Assembly (NCBI RefSeq): GCF_963921235.1
Contig: NC_086098.1
Coordinates: forward strand, 4,836,001-4,900,000
DNA from: Mobula hypostoma
Lineage: Eukaryota
Direction of reading: 5' to 3'
DNA: 64,000 nt
Below the pieces are notes generated by a model. That model searched no databases, was not told the origin of the DNA, and saw only the letters and a list, made by a program, of their open reading frames with translations. Position numbers and translations under genes: made by a program. How positions within the stretch are numbered: position 1 is the stretch's first letter; each line of letters opens with the position of its first letter. Of the stretch, positions 23,866 to 36,723 are shown in pieces.

Positions 23866-24087
23866 TAGTTGACACTTTGGGCTGAGACCCTCATCCACCT
23901 TCCCCCTCAGCTGGCTTCACATATCACCTGTCAGCATGTACTTCTTCCCCTCCCTCCACTGTCTTATTCTGGCTTCTGCCTCCTTTCTTTCCAGCTCTGG
24001 TGAAGTCAATCAGCCCAAAACTTTGACTGTTTATTCCTCTCAATAGATATTGCCTGACCTGCTGAGTTCCTTCAGCATTTTGTGTGT
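23866..24087 (+). mobile_element. Degenerate pLTR-like insert with an inverted 5' piece and decayed hammerhead motifs
   Basis: ctggtgaagtcaatcagcccaaaactttgactg plus the family tail cctgctgagttccttcagcattttgtgt. Reversed motif gttgacactttgggctgagaccct at the left end. Confidence 0.55.
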
Positions 24088-24104
24088 CTAACAATGATTA
24101 AAAT

Positions 24105-24386
24105 ATGGGCACGTGGCCAAGTGGTTAAGGCGTTCGACTAGCAGCAGAGGCAGCGTGTTGTGTCTTTAAGCAAGGCACTTAATCACACATTGCTCTGCGA
24201 CGACACTGGTGCCAAGCTGTATGGGTCCTAATGCCCTTCCCTTGGACAACATCGGTGTCGTGGAGAGGGGTGACTTGCAGCATGGGCAACAGCCAGTCTT
24301 CCACACAACCTTGCCCAGGCCTGCGCCCTGGAGAGTGAAGACTTTCCAGGCGCAGATCCATGGTCTCGCAAGAGTAATGGATGCCT
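24105..24386 (+). mobile_element. tRNA-derived SINE with 12-bp TSD
   Basis: A box TGGCCAAGTGG, B box absent. TSD aatgattaaaat at 24093-24104 / 24387-24398. Confidence 0.75.
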
Positions 24387-24711
24387 AATGATTAAAATCA
24401 CTGTTGTGATTTCTAAATCATCCAGACAGAAAAACAGGCTCGGAGATCATAGGTATTTCTATTTGAATAACTAGGAATTCATATTTTATTCCTTTGCTAT
24501 TATTATCCCTCTGTATCTCTCTCCCCTTCATAAAACTAAATATTTCACCATTCATCCTGTAATGTCAGAACACAGAACATAGTACAGGCCCTTTAGCCCA
24601 CAATGTTGTTCCAATCTTTCATCCCACTCTAAAGTCAACATAACCCTTCCCTCCGACATAGCCACAGTAGCATAGTAGTTAGCACAATGCTATTACAGCT
24701 CAGAGCTCAGG

Positions 24712-25270
24712 TCAAAAGACTATAAGACATAGCAGAATTAGGCCACTTGGCACATCGAGTCTGCTCCACAATTCAATCATGTTCGATCCTTCTTTCCCCT
24801 CCTCAGTCCCACTCTGCAGCCTTCTCCCTGTAACCTTTGATGCTATGTCCAATCAAGAACCTATCAAGCTCTGCCTTAAATACACCCAAAGACCTGGCCT
24901 CCACAGCTGCCTGTGGTAACAAATTCCATAAATTCACCACCCTCTGGCTAAAGAAATTTCTCTGCATCTCTGTTTTAAATGGACGCCCCTCTATCCTGAG
25001 GCTGTGTCCTCTTGTCCAAGTCTCCCCCATCATGGGAAACATCCTTTCCACATCTACCCTGTTGAAGTCTTTCAACATTCGAAAGGTTTCAATGAGATGC
25101 CCCCTCATCCTTCTAAATTCAAGCAAGTACGGGCCCAGAGCTATCAAACATTCCTCATATGATAACCCTTTCATTCCTGGAATCATCCTTGTGAACCTTC
25201 TCAGAATCCTCTCCACATCTTTTCTTAGATGAGGAGCCCAAAACTGTTCACAATACCAGTATGTGAGGCC
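24712..25270 (-). mobile_element. CR1 3' fragment inserted into a V-SINE
   Basis: ORF 24803..25216, RFTRMIPG...[11 protein letters not shown]. Confidence 0.85.
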
Positions 25271-26599
25271 TCACATACTGGTTAGCAGGTTAATTGGTTA
25301 TTGTAAATTGTTCTGTGATTAGCAAATATTAAATCGGGGGATTGCTAGGCGGTGTGGACTTGAAGGGCTGGAAGGGCCTATTGCTTGCTGTATTTCTGAA
25401 TAAAATAAACAGCTCTCCATTTTTCTATTAATGTCTTAATGTGGCTTAGAATCAAATCGCCTCTGGTAATGATGTGAAGCACTTCTGATGTTTGAATCCA
25501 GTAGCTTTAAAAGTTGTAAAACAAGCTGCAGAGGGAATACGCAGATCTCCCGCCCTTTTTTGCGACTTGCTGACTGCCACTGAACACCCGGGATGCATGA
25601 GCCTTTGGCTCAGCAGCTAGCCTTGGCAGGTTTAGATTTCTGACACGTGACACTTCAACATGATCCATAAGTCATCCAGCACAGAAAGAGGCTTTTTCAT
25701 TTTACCTGTTGGTTATTATCTCATCAACATCATCAGTATGCGCCATATCATATGGCGTGGGCGATGATTGTCTTCCATCCGTCTTTAATCGGATCACTGC
25801 CTGTGGGGAAGACCCCCTTCACGCTGTTGTTCATACTGTTTCCCCTTTCCAGGACCATGCCGGCTTCCGTGCCATGGCACTGCTAAAGAATTCCTGCATG
25901 TTGTGAGAATATTTTATTTTATCGAAAGACACAGTGCAGAACAGGCCCTTCCGGCCCAGTAACACACCAGTTTAACCCTAGCCTAAATATAGAACAACTT
26001 ACAATGACCAATTAACCTACAAACCAGCATGTCTTTGGACCGTGGGAGGGAACTGGAGCACCCAGAGGAAAACAACATGTTCAGAGGAATGTGTACAAAC
26101 TTCTTACAGATGGCACTGGAATTGACTAACGACACAAGCCGTAATAGTGTCACACTCATTGCTACGCTACCGTGGCACCTGCCTCCCATCGCCTCCTTAG
26201 GGTAATGTGATACAGCTTCCACCACTCGGAAGGAGAAAAAGTCCTCAAATACTTGCGACCACATGTGTTACTTCTGGGTGCTCTGGTTTTAAATACAGGT
26301 TAGTAAGTTAACTGGTCATGTGTATGTAACTGGGCAGTGAGGGCTCATCGGGCTAGAAGGGCCTGCTGCTGTGCTGTATCTCGATATTAAATTAAATCAA
26401 ATCCTCTTTAAATTTCCCACCTGTTACTCTGAACCTGAGCCGGTTGTACATACATTTCTGCTATTAGGAAATAATACCCATACACAGAAATTGTGGTGTC
26501 TCGAAGGTTTAACTGTCTCTCAAAGCTTGAGCTTTGATAGTTTTGGTCTCTCAGCAAGTGCCCGTGCTACTTTTTAAATATAATTTTGCATACCTCAAT

Positions 26600-27255
26600 A
26601 CAGATCCCTCAATGTTCCCACGCAAGTTGAAAGGGTTGTTAAGAAGATGTATGGTGTGCTGGCCACTGACTGGGGGATTGAGTTCAAGAGGTATGAGGTA
26701 ATGTTGCAGCTCTATAAGACGCTGGGTAGACCATAACGTGTTCAGTTTTGGATGCCTCGTTATAGGAAGGACATATAAGCTTTAGAGGGTTCAGGGGAGA
26801 CTCACCAGGACGCCGCTAGGCTTAGTGAGCATGTCTTACAAGGATAGGCTGAACAAGCAAGGGGTTTTCTCTTTGGAGTAAAGGAGGATGAGCAGTGACT
26901 TGATAAGATGTACGAAATGATAGGCTTAGATCGAGTGGACAGCCACAGACATTCTCCCAGGGTGGAAATGGCTAATGTGAGGAGGCATAACTTTAAGGCG
27001 AATGGAGGAAAGTATGTTAGAAGTAGTTTCTTTTTAAACACAGAGAGTGGTAGGTGCATGAAACATGCTGCCCAAGATGCTGAGAGAGGCAAATACATTA
27101 GGGACATCTTAAAAATTCTTAGATAGACACATGGATGACAGAAAAATTAAGGGCTGTGGGAGGGAAGGGTCTGACTGATCGTAGAGAAGGTTAAAAGTTC
27201 AGCACAAGGTCATAGATCAAAGACTTGTACTGTGCTCTAGTATTCTATGTTCTAT
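26600..27255 (+). mobile_element. Degenerate CR1 3' fragment
   Basis: aatgttgcagctctataag, gatcgagtggacagcc and ttctatgttctat tail, homologous to other CR1 copies in the window. Confidence 0.75.
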
Positions 27256-28044
27256 TAAGGCTCCTTCCAGCTATCCATCCTCCAAAGAAAACAAACCTAG
27301 TCTTTCAACTCTCTCCTCGTGACTGACATGCTTAACCTACGGCAGCGCTCTGAGTTAGCCACAGGATTGTTATTGTGGCCAAGGAGCTACAATATCTGTG
27401 CCTCCTGGTGTCACTTACTGTTTAAATTCTCTAATCTAATTTGTATTGTTTCTCAACCGTTTTAAAATACTTATTACAGCGTACACATTCTTCTACCATG
27501 TGTAGTTGTCTGGAGATTAATGGATGAGTTTAACAGTATAGCAAGTTGCAGAGGAAACAGTATGTTACCTGTAAAAGGACATGAGAGACATCCTAACAGA
27601 GATAGGGACGGCACAGTAGCATAACAGTTGCAACACTTTACATGCCAGCGAACACCAATCAGGGTTCAATTCTCAACCTGTTTGTATGTTTTTCCGTGAC
27701 CGCATAGGTTTCCTCCCACATTGCAAAATGTACAGGTTAGGAATGGAGAGACGTGGGCGTGCTATGTTAGTGTTGGAAGCATGGCAACACTTGCAAACTG
27801 TCCCCAGCACAATCCTCGGACTGTGTTGGTGGTTGACGCAACAATGACGCATTTCACTGTATGTTCTGGTATACATACGACTAATAAAGCTAATCTTTCT
27901 TTCGTTTAGCTGATAAGCCAGAGCATTGGCTCTGATTTCAGACTGTGGGTACTTGCTGAATGACTATTCAAAATTGTTTGATTGATATCAAGACTCAAAC
28001 TTTGTGAGACAATTAAGCATCATAGCCACCACAACAAAACAGAA

Positions 28045-28197
28045 CAAAATGCAAGAAGACCTCAGCATTGATGGGAAGGAATAATCAGTCGATGTTTTGG
28101 GCCGAGACCCTTCATCAGTCCCATTTATTCTTTTCTTGACCTCTGAGTTCCTCCAGCATTGTGCATGTGTTACTTGAGATTTCCAGCATGTTTGTAG
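28045..28197. mobile_element. Degenerate pLTR-like insert with minus-strand hammerhead motif (28086-28120)
   Basis: Minus strand reads ga-CTGATGA-A-GGGTCTCGGCCC-AAAA-CA-TC-gactg. Confidence 0.6.
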
Positions 28198-28348
28198 ACA
28201 CCACAAATTCCATCTCAATTTTCAAATGACACTGATTTCCCTTCAGACTCTTGTCTGCAATTCATTGGAACAATGATCAATCTGGTTATTTTTGAGAGTG
28301 AGTGGACACTTTGTCCAGATAATACTTATCCATCTGTTAAACTTCTAC

Positions 28349-28469
28349 CTGATCAAATGTTCAGCGAGTTCACTTATCATTTCCTCAGGACACTCCTCGT
28401 TGTAACTCCTTAAAATGCTTTCAATTTCTTCTTTCGGCAAGAAAAGTACTTCCTTTGGCTTGTGTTTAC
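28349..28469 (-). CDS. UFL1: UFL1 coding exon (~exon 13), 121 nt; not in ORF track
   Basis: GKHKPKEVLFLPKEEIESILRSYNEECPEEMISELAEHLIR. Acceptor tttccag, donor CAG|gtagaa, phase 1/2. Confidence 0.93.
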
Positions 28470-28539
28470 CTGGAAAGTCAAGAACAAAAAAATCTAAAAC
28501 ATCAGTGCAAGTTCAACACCTAATCATTGCTATACAACT

Positions 28540-31500
28540 CCATAAGACATAGGAGCAGAATTAGGCCATTTGGCCACTCGACTCTGCTCCACCATTTAAT
28601 CATGGCTAATCCTTCTCCTCTCCTCAGCCCCACATCTCCCTGATCCTTTGATGCCATGTCCAAATCAAGAACCTATCAAGCTCTGCCTTAATACACCCAA
28701 CAACCGGGCCTCCACAGCTGCCTGTGGTGATAAATTACACAAATTCACCATCCTCTGGCTAAAGAAATTTCTCCGCATCTCTCTTTTAAATGGACACCCC
28801 TCCATCCTAGGGCTGTGCCCTCTTGTCCTAGACTCCCCACCATGGGAAACATCCTTTCCACACCTACTCTGTCTAGGCCTTCCAACATTCGAAAGGTTTC
28901 AGTGAGATCCCCCTCACCTTTCTAAATTCCAGCGAGTACAGACCCAGAACTATCAAACTTTCCTTGTATGATAACCGTTTCATTCCCGGATTCATCCTTG
29001 TGAACCTCCTCTGAAATCCACTCCAATGCCAGCACATCTTTTCCTAGATGAGAGCCCAAAACTGTTCACAATACTCAAGGTCAGGCCTCACCAGTGCCTT
29101 ATAAAGTCTCAGCATCACATCTATGCTCTTGTATTCAAGCCCTCTTGAATCGAGTGCTAACACTGCATTTGCCTTCCACACCACTGACTCAACCTGAAAG
29201 TTAATCTTAAGGGTGTTCCGCACAAGAACTCCCAAGTCCCTTTGCATCACAGAGTTTTGGATTTTCTTATCGTTTAGAAAATAGTCTGCACATTTACTAC
29301 TACTACCAAAGTGCATGACCATGCATTTTCCAACATTGTATTTCATTTGCCACTCTCTTGCCCATTCTCTTAATCTGTCCAAGTCCTTCTGTAGCCTTCC
29401 TGTTTTTTCAACACTACCTGCTCCTCCAGCAATCTTCCTATCATCTCAAACTTGGCAACAATGCCATCTATTCCATCATCTAAATCATTCATATACAGCA
29501 TAAAAGAAGAGGTCCCAACACTGACCCCTGCAAAATACCACTAGTCACTAGCAGCCAAACTGACAAGGATCCTTTTATTCTCACTCACTGCCTCCTACCA
29601 ATCACCCAATGCTCCAATCATGGCAGCAACTATCCTAATGCCATGGGCTCTTAACTTGATAAGCAGCTTTATGTGTGGCACCTAGTCAAATGCCTTCTGA
29701 AAATCTAAATATACATCTACTGCATCCTCTTTACCTATCCTATGTGTAATCTCCCAAAGAATTCCAACCGATTCGTCGATTTTCCCTTAAGAAAACCATG
29801 CTGACTTTGACCTATCTTGTCCAGTGTCACCAAATACACCATAACCTCATCCTTGACAATTGACACTAGCATCTTCCCAACCACCGAGGTGAGGCTAACT
29901 GGTCTATAATTTCCTTTCTGCTGTCTTCCTCCTTTCTGAAAGAGTGAAGTGACATTTGCAACTTTCCAGTCCTCTGGTGCCATGCCAGAGTCCAATGATT
30001 TTTGAAAGATCATTACTAAAGCCTCCATAATCTCTACCACTACCTCTTTCCGAATCCTAGGGTACAGTTCTGGTCCGGGTGACTCACATATCCTTAGGTC
30101 TTTCGGCTTTTTGAGCACCTTCTCCCTTGAAATAGTAACTGCACTCATTTCTCTTCCCTCACACCTTTCAACATCTGGCACACTGCTAGTTTCTTGCACA
30201 GAGAAGACTGATGTAAAATACTCATTTAGTTCATCTGCCATCTCCTTGGCCCCTATTATTATTTCTCCTGCCTCATTTTCTAGCGGTCCTATATCCACTC
30301 TCACCCCTCTTTTACATACTTGAACAAGCTTTTACCATCCACTTTGATATTGCTTGCTAACTTGCTTTCATATTTCGTCTTTTCTCTTCTAATGATTCTT
30401 TTAGTTGCTCTCTGTAGGGTTTTTAAACCTTCCCAATTTTCTACCTTCCCATTAATTTTTGCTTTGTTGTATGCCCTCTTTTTCCTTTACATTAGTTTTA
30501 ATTTCCCTTGTGAGCCATGGTTGTAATATTTTGCCATTTGAGTATTTGTTTGTTTTTGGAATACATCTACCTTGCACTTTCCTCATTTCTCCCAGAAAGA
30601 CATGCCATTGCTGCTCTGCTGTCATCTCTGCCAGCATCTCTTCCAATTTACTTTAGCCAACTCTTTTCTCATATCACTATAATTTCCTTTATTCCACTGA
30701 AATACTGCTATATCAGACTTTACTTTCTCCCTATTAAATTTCAAGTTAAACGCAATCATATTGTGATCACTGCCTCCTAAGGGTTCTTACACCTTAAACT
30801 CCCTATTCACCCATTTCAGTGTAGCTGATTCCCTAGAGGAAAAGAGTACAGTTGACATTTCGGGCCAAGACCATTCGGCAGGACTGCTGAAGGGTTTCAG
30901 CCTGAAACATTGACTGTACTCTTTTCCAAAGGTACTGCCTGGTCTGCTGAGTTCCTCCAGCATTCTGTGTGTTCACTGAATTTCCAGCATCTGCAGATTT
31001 TCTCCTGTTTGTAGCTGATTCCCTATTAGGCTAAATGACAAACCACTCTAAAAAGTCAAATCGTAGACATTCTACAAACTCACTCTCTTGAGATCCATTA
31101 CTAACCTGATTTTCCCAATCGACTTGCATGTTGAAATCTCCCATGACTACCATTACATTGCCCTTTTGACTCGCCTTTTCTATTTCATATTGTAATGTGT
31201 TGTCCACATCCCAGATACTGTTGGGAGGTCTGTATATAACTGCCATTAGGATCCTATTAATCTTGCAATTTCTTAACTCAACCCACCAAGGTTCAACATC
31301 TACATCACTTCTTTCTTCTGATTTGATGCCATTCTTTACTAGCAGAGCCACGCCACCCCCTCTGCCAACCTTCCTATCCCTCTGATACAACCTGAAACCT
31401 TGGACATTCAGCTCCCAACTACAACCATCCTTCAGCCACAATTCAGTGATGGCCACATCATCATACCTGACAATCTGTAGAAGTGCAACAAGATCATTCA

Positions 31501-31555
31501 CCTTACTTCTTACACTCCATGCATTGAGATATAACACTTTGAGTATTGTATTTAC
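28540..31555 (-). mobile_element. CR1 LINE, near-complete degenerate ORF2 (APE endonuclease and RT)
   Basis: Endonuclease YLNAWS, ITELW, IYRPPN and MGDFN (31031..31537). RT GNYRPVSLTS, SQHGF and LEYCEQFW, plus 3'UTR. Confidence 0.9.
30836..31009. mobile_element. Palindromic pLTR-like insert with two back-to-back decayed hammerhead motifs, 16-bp TSD
   Basis: TSD tgtagctgattcccta at 30820-30835 / 31010-31025. Arms ggaaaagagtacagt...actgtactcttttcc. Confidence 0.75.
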
Positions 31556-32120
31556 TCATAGAGGATTACAGTACAGGAACAGACCCTTCGGCCCATCTAG
31601 TCCATACCAAACGGTTATTCTGCCTCCTATTCATGTACATTCCCAAATTTCCCTTAATGTTGAATTTGACCCCACATCCCCACTTCCTCTGGCACCCTCT
31701 GAATGAATGTGACTGCCACACTCTCACCACCCTCTGGGTGAAGATGTTCCCTTTAAATATTTTGCCTTTCACCCTTAACCTGTGACCTCTGGTTCTTGTC
31801 CCTCAGAGGAAAAAGCTTGCTTGCATTAACCCTATCTATAATTTTGTATAACTCTATCAATTCTCCCCTCATTCTCCTATGCTCCATGCAATCAAGTCCT
31901 AACTCATTCAACCTTTCCGTTTAATCCAGGTCCTCAATTCCTGGCAACTTCCTCATAAATTTTTAGTTTATTGATATTGTTCCTGTGGATAGGTGACGGA
32001 AACGGCACACAATACTCCAAATTTAGCCTCACTAACGTCATGTACAACTGCAACAAATTTACAGGTTCTAATTCACTAATAATCAAAAAAGAATTACCAA
32101 TAATTAGTCCTCACACACAC

Positions 32121-32237
32121 CTGTGCTTTGGGTCTCTTCATCACTATCTTCATCTTTCTTTCCTCTCTTCTTGCTCTTTTTGGTCCTGATTTCTCTTGCG
32201 TTGCCACCGCCTCCTGCTCGGGTGCTTCCACTGCCAT
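32121..32237 (-). CDS. UFL1: UFL1 coding exon (~exon 12), 117 nt; not in ORF track
   Basis: Hand translation [39 protein letters not shown] matches human [20 protein letters not shown]...DDDSDDESQS. Acceptor cactag, donor CAG|gtgtgt, phase 1/1. Confidence 0.93.
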
Positions 32238-33173
32238 CTAGTGGAGGACACATGAAATGCAAATATCAGATCAGCTCTTAAAGTGGGATTTTCTTCTCCG
32301 TTTTAGGGATAATATGAATTCAAGTAGGCTTAAACTACTCCTTCTAGGTAATGTTCCATATTACAACAGCATCCTCATGTTGATTCAAACTGGAAATCTG
32401 CAGGCTGATTACAATGGGCCAATTGCAATGAAGTTCTCTTTCTGGAATTGGTTTATTATTGTCACATGTACCAAGATACCATGAAAACCATGTCTTATAT
32501 ACTGATTCATCATCATGATGATCATTATGTGCCGTGTCATATGATGTGGGCGATCATGTGACCATGATTGTTTTTGACAACTTTTCCACAGAAGTGGCTT
32601 GCCATTGCCTTCTTCTGGGCAATGTCTCTACAAGACGGGTGACCGCAGCCATTATCAATACTCTTTCAGAAATTGTCTGCCTGGCATCAATGGTCACATA
32701 ACCAGGACCTATGATATACACCAGCTGCTCATACAACCATCCACCACCTGCTACCATGGCTTCACATGATCCTGATCGGGGGCTAAGTAGGTGCTACACC
32801 TTGCAGGCTAGCAGAGAGAAGGAATGCCTTACACCTCCTTTGGTGGAGATGTATCTCCACCCCGCCATCCAATTATTACATAGTGCATTGAGCTAGAATA
32901 AGGTAAAACGACAATACAGAATAAAGTGCAAGAGCTACTGAAAAGTGCAAGATCATAATGAGGTAGATTGTGTGGTGTGCTGAAAACAACGACGGCTAAC
33001 AATGCAGCACATTTAACAAACTAAAGCCATCTTCTATTGATTCGGAACTGTAATCTAGAAAGGATGAGTTCAAAGTCAAACCAAATACATAGAAAGAATG
33101 AAAGCAGGGAAAACGAGGATTGACTGACTACACCCTGAACTGAAAAGACAATCTGAAGCAATATACTCTAATA

Positions 33174-33954
33174 CAGTGGTCCCCAATCACCGGGCCGCAA
33201 AGCATGTGCTACCGGGCCGCGGGGAAACGATATGAGTCAGATGCACCTTTTCTCATTCCCTGTCACGCACTGTTGAACTTGAACATAGGGTTGCCAACTG
33301 TCCTGTATTTGCCGGGACATCCCGTATATTGAGCTAAATTGGTTTGTCCCATACGAGGACCGCCCTTGTCCCGTGTTTCCCCCGCTAAGGTAGAGCATTC
33401 CTATGAAACCTTTCGTGCTGAAATGGCGTGAAGTGAAGAAGCAATTACCATTAATTTATATGGGAAAAATTTTTGAGTGTTCCCAGACCCAAAAAATAAC
33501 CTAACAAATCATACCAAATAACACACAAAACCAAAAATAAATAACACTAACATATAGTAAAAGCAGGAATGATATGATAAATACACAGCCTATATAAAGT
33601 AGAAATAATGTATGTACAATGTAGTCGGGAAGATGAAGGCAAAACCGATTTGTGGGGAGAAAAATTGGCACGTACGCGCATGCGCACATCACATGCGCAC
33701 GTCATGCACGTGCAGACAGGTGCCCGCGCAAGGCTTCATGGTCATTGTGGTCTTTCCTGGGGTAAAGTGTCCCGGGATTTGACTGCTACTTTTGTCCCTT
33801 ATTTGGGAGTGAGAAAGTTGGCAACTATAACTGTAAAAGACATGTTGAGGTGAGTTTAACCCTACTTGAACACCCACCCTCTGGGTCAGCCAGTCTGCAA
33901 GAATATTGTCAATATTAAACCGGTCCGCAGTGCAAAAAAGGTTGGGGACCCCTG
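33174..33954. mobile_element. hAT (Charlie-type) MITE containing a nested hAT MITE
   Basis: TIRs CAGTGGTCCCCAA / TTGGGGACCCCTG with an exact 8-bp TSD ctctaata (33166-33173 / 33955-33962). Confidence 0.85.
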
Positions 33955-35915
33955 CTCTAATAGAAAAGCCTGAAAGTTGTGTCAGTGCCATTTAGCTGCT
34001 TTCAGCAATTAGTGCTTCCAATTGTAATAGCACAGAAAAGACCCAGTGAATCTATGCCAGCTTCTCGTACTTCTAGTTCCATTCCCCCATTTTAAATTCT
34101 TTAACATTATATACACAGTATTCCTATATAAAGAATATAAAATTTAAATACAAGATTTATAATATATTAATAGCTAATCATTTAATATTCAATTAAATAA
34201 ATTATATTTTAATTATTGCATATAATATTTATAATAAATATTATAAATGCATTAATTCTATGCTGGCTCCTAGAACTTCTATATCAGTTCCATTACCATA
34301 TTATAAATCTCTCTGCATAAATAGATCCTTTCTCCATATTTCCTGTAACAGCATAATGCTGTTTACCTCACCCACACAACTGATGACCTTGTATGCGTCA
34401 TCAGACATCCTTTTAACCTCCATTAATCCAAGAACCCGCACGTTATACTTCTTGTATGAAGTTAATTGCAATGGACCCAAACTCGAGCAACAGCTTTAGA
34501 ATAATCTTCTTTCACTACTATGCTGACCTCTACTCAAAGTTGCTCCATCACTTACACATACGTACACATGAATCCCTTTCACTTCAATTATTTTGACCAG
34601 AAAATCTCTGCCAGTTTGGTAGCTGGTAAGAAGTTTTGCATTATAGCCAACCCCATTCTGGGTGCTCTGGGGATTCCATCACTGCAATATTGCAAACCAA
34701 GGGAAAATTGGTTACCTTTTGAATGCCTGCAAGAAAATGAATTTCAGGGTAGAATTATCATGTGCCTAATTATCTCCATATGACGGAGATATGGAATTAT
34801 CTTTCCATAACCATGATTGTTCTTGGCCAATTTTTCTACAGACGTGGTTGGCCATTGCCTTCTTCTGGGCAGTGTCTTTACAAGACAGGTGACCCCAGAA
34901 TTATCAATACTCCTCAGATTGCCTGACATGACCAGGACTTGTGACACGTACCAGTTGCTTATACAAACATCCACCACCTGCCTCCATGGGTTCACATGAC
35001 CCTGACCGGGGGGTGGGGGGGGCTAAGCAGCTGTCTACACCCTGCCCAACGGTGACTTGCAGGTTAGTAGAAGGAAGGAGCACCCTACACCTCTTTTGGT
35101 AGAGACGTGGCTCCACTCTGCCACCCATCAGAGTAGTACATTGTACTTAACAATACTGGGCGAAGTAGGTCCTTCCGGCCCTTCAAGACACATCGCCCCA
35201 GCAACCCCTCAAGCTAACCATGGGACAATTTACAATGACCATTCAACCTATCTGGTGTCTTTGGATTGTACTCAGGGAAAACCCATGAATACCACAGGGA
35301 GGATGTACTGACTCCTTACTTGAACTCAGAACTCTGGAACGTCCAGAGTTGTAACAATGTAGCGCCAACAGCAATAAGTGGTACCCATGTACTTTGATAA
35401 TAAAATTTACTTTGACTTTGAACAAGATTGCAACTTGCTTTAATTTTGCAAAAAATACTAAACTGCAGTCTTTAATGAAAAAATTAGATAATTCCTATAG
35501 TGGGAGAAGTCTAGAACCAGAGAGAACTGGCTCAGAACAGAAGGACATACCTTTTGAACAGAGGTGAACAAGATTTTGTCTAGCCAGAGGGTTGTGAATC
35601 TGTGGAATTCATTGCTACTGACGGCTGTGAAGACCAAATCACTGGGTATAGTTAAGCAGAGATTGATGGGTTCTTGATTAGTCAGGGTGTCAAAAATACA
35701 GGGAGAAGGCAGAAGAATGAGGGCTGAGAGGGATAATATATCAGCCATGATAGAATAGTGGAGTGGACTCGATGGGCTGAATGGCAAATGGTATTATAAT
35801 TTTAATTCTGTTTTAAATATTGTGATTTCATTCAAGTTTTTAAAGTCTTCAAAGAAAGTTGGTAAAAGTAAATCCACAAAAATAAATGCATGAACTTCAT
35901 GATTCATAAACCAAC

Positions 35916-36039
35916 CTAATGCTTTCTTCTTCCTGTCCTCTCGCTTGTCCTTTTTAACCGAGATCATACTTTCTGCAATAATGGCAGCTTGCTTCAGGTC
36001 CTCCTCTGTTAACACATGTGCATGATTGTTCTGCAGCTC
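35916..36039 (-). CDS. UFL1: UFL1 coding exon (~exon 11), 124 nt
   Basis: ELQNNHAHVLTEEDLKQAAIIAESMISVKKDKREDRKKKAL. Acceptor ctctcag, donor TAG|gttggt, phase 0/1. Confidence 0.93.
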
Positions 36040-36723
36040 CTGAGAGGGTGAGCAACAGGCAATGGATAAATGTACTACGAGAAAACAGGATAGTTGGAAA
36101 AGCAAATACAACATTTTATGTTAACATGTTAATCTTCAGGCCATGCTGCTCAAGGGCTTGTGCTGATATTATTTTGTGACTGTATGTAATGGATCATAAC
36201 TACATATGCTGTGTGTGATTATGCTATAAGCAGAAACCAGGAAATTACAGGCTGCTGATTCTGACATCAATTGTGGGAAAGTTACTGGAAGGTGTTCTAA
36301 GGGACTGGATATGTAAGCATTTGGATAGTGATGGACTGATTAATAACAGTCAGCATGGGATCGCAACTTTTCACATTGTTTGTCAACGATTTAGATAATG
36401 GAATTGATAGTTTTGTGGCAAAGTTTGCAGATGATACAAAGATAGGTGGAGGAGTAGGTAGTGCTGACAAAGCAATGTGATTGCAGCAGGACTAGGACGA
36501 ATTGGAAGAATGGGCAATAAGTGGCAGATGGAATCCACTGCTGGGAAATGTATGATAATGCATCCTGGTGAAAGGAACAATGGTGCGGACTATTATCTAA
36601 ATGGGGAGAAGGTTCAAACATCAGAGGTGTAGAGGGACTTAGGACTCCTCATGGAAGACTCCCAAAAAGTTAATTTACAGGTTGAGTCTGTAGTAAAGAA
36701 GGTAAATGCAAAGTTAGCATTTA

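Noticed and set aside
24105..24145. tRNA gene
   Set aside because: Only the A box and 5' half are present. It is a SINE head bounded by a TSD.
34100..34260. Extremely AT-rich tract
   Set aside because: Low complexity with no definable structure.
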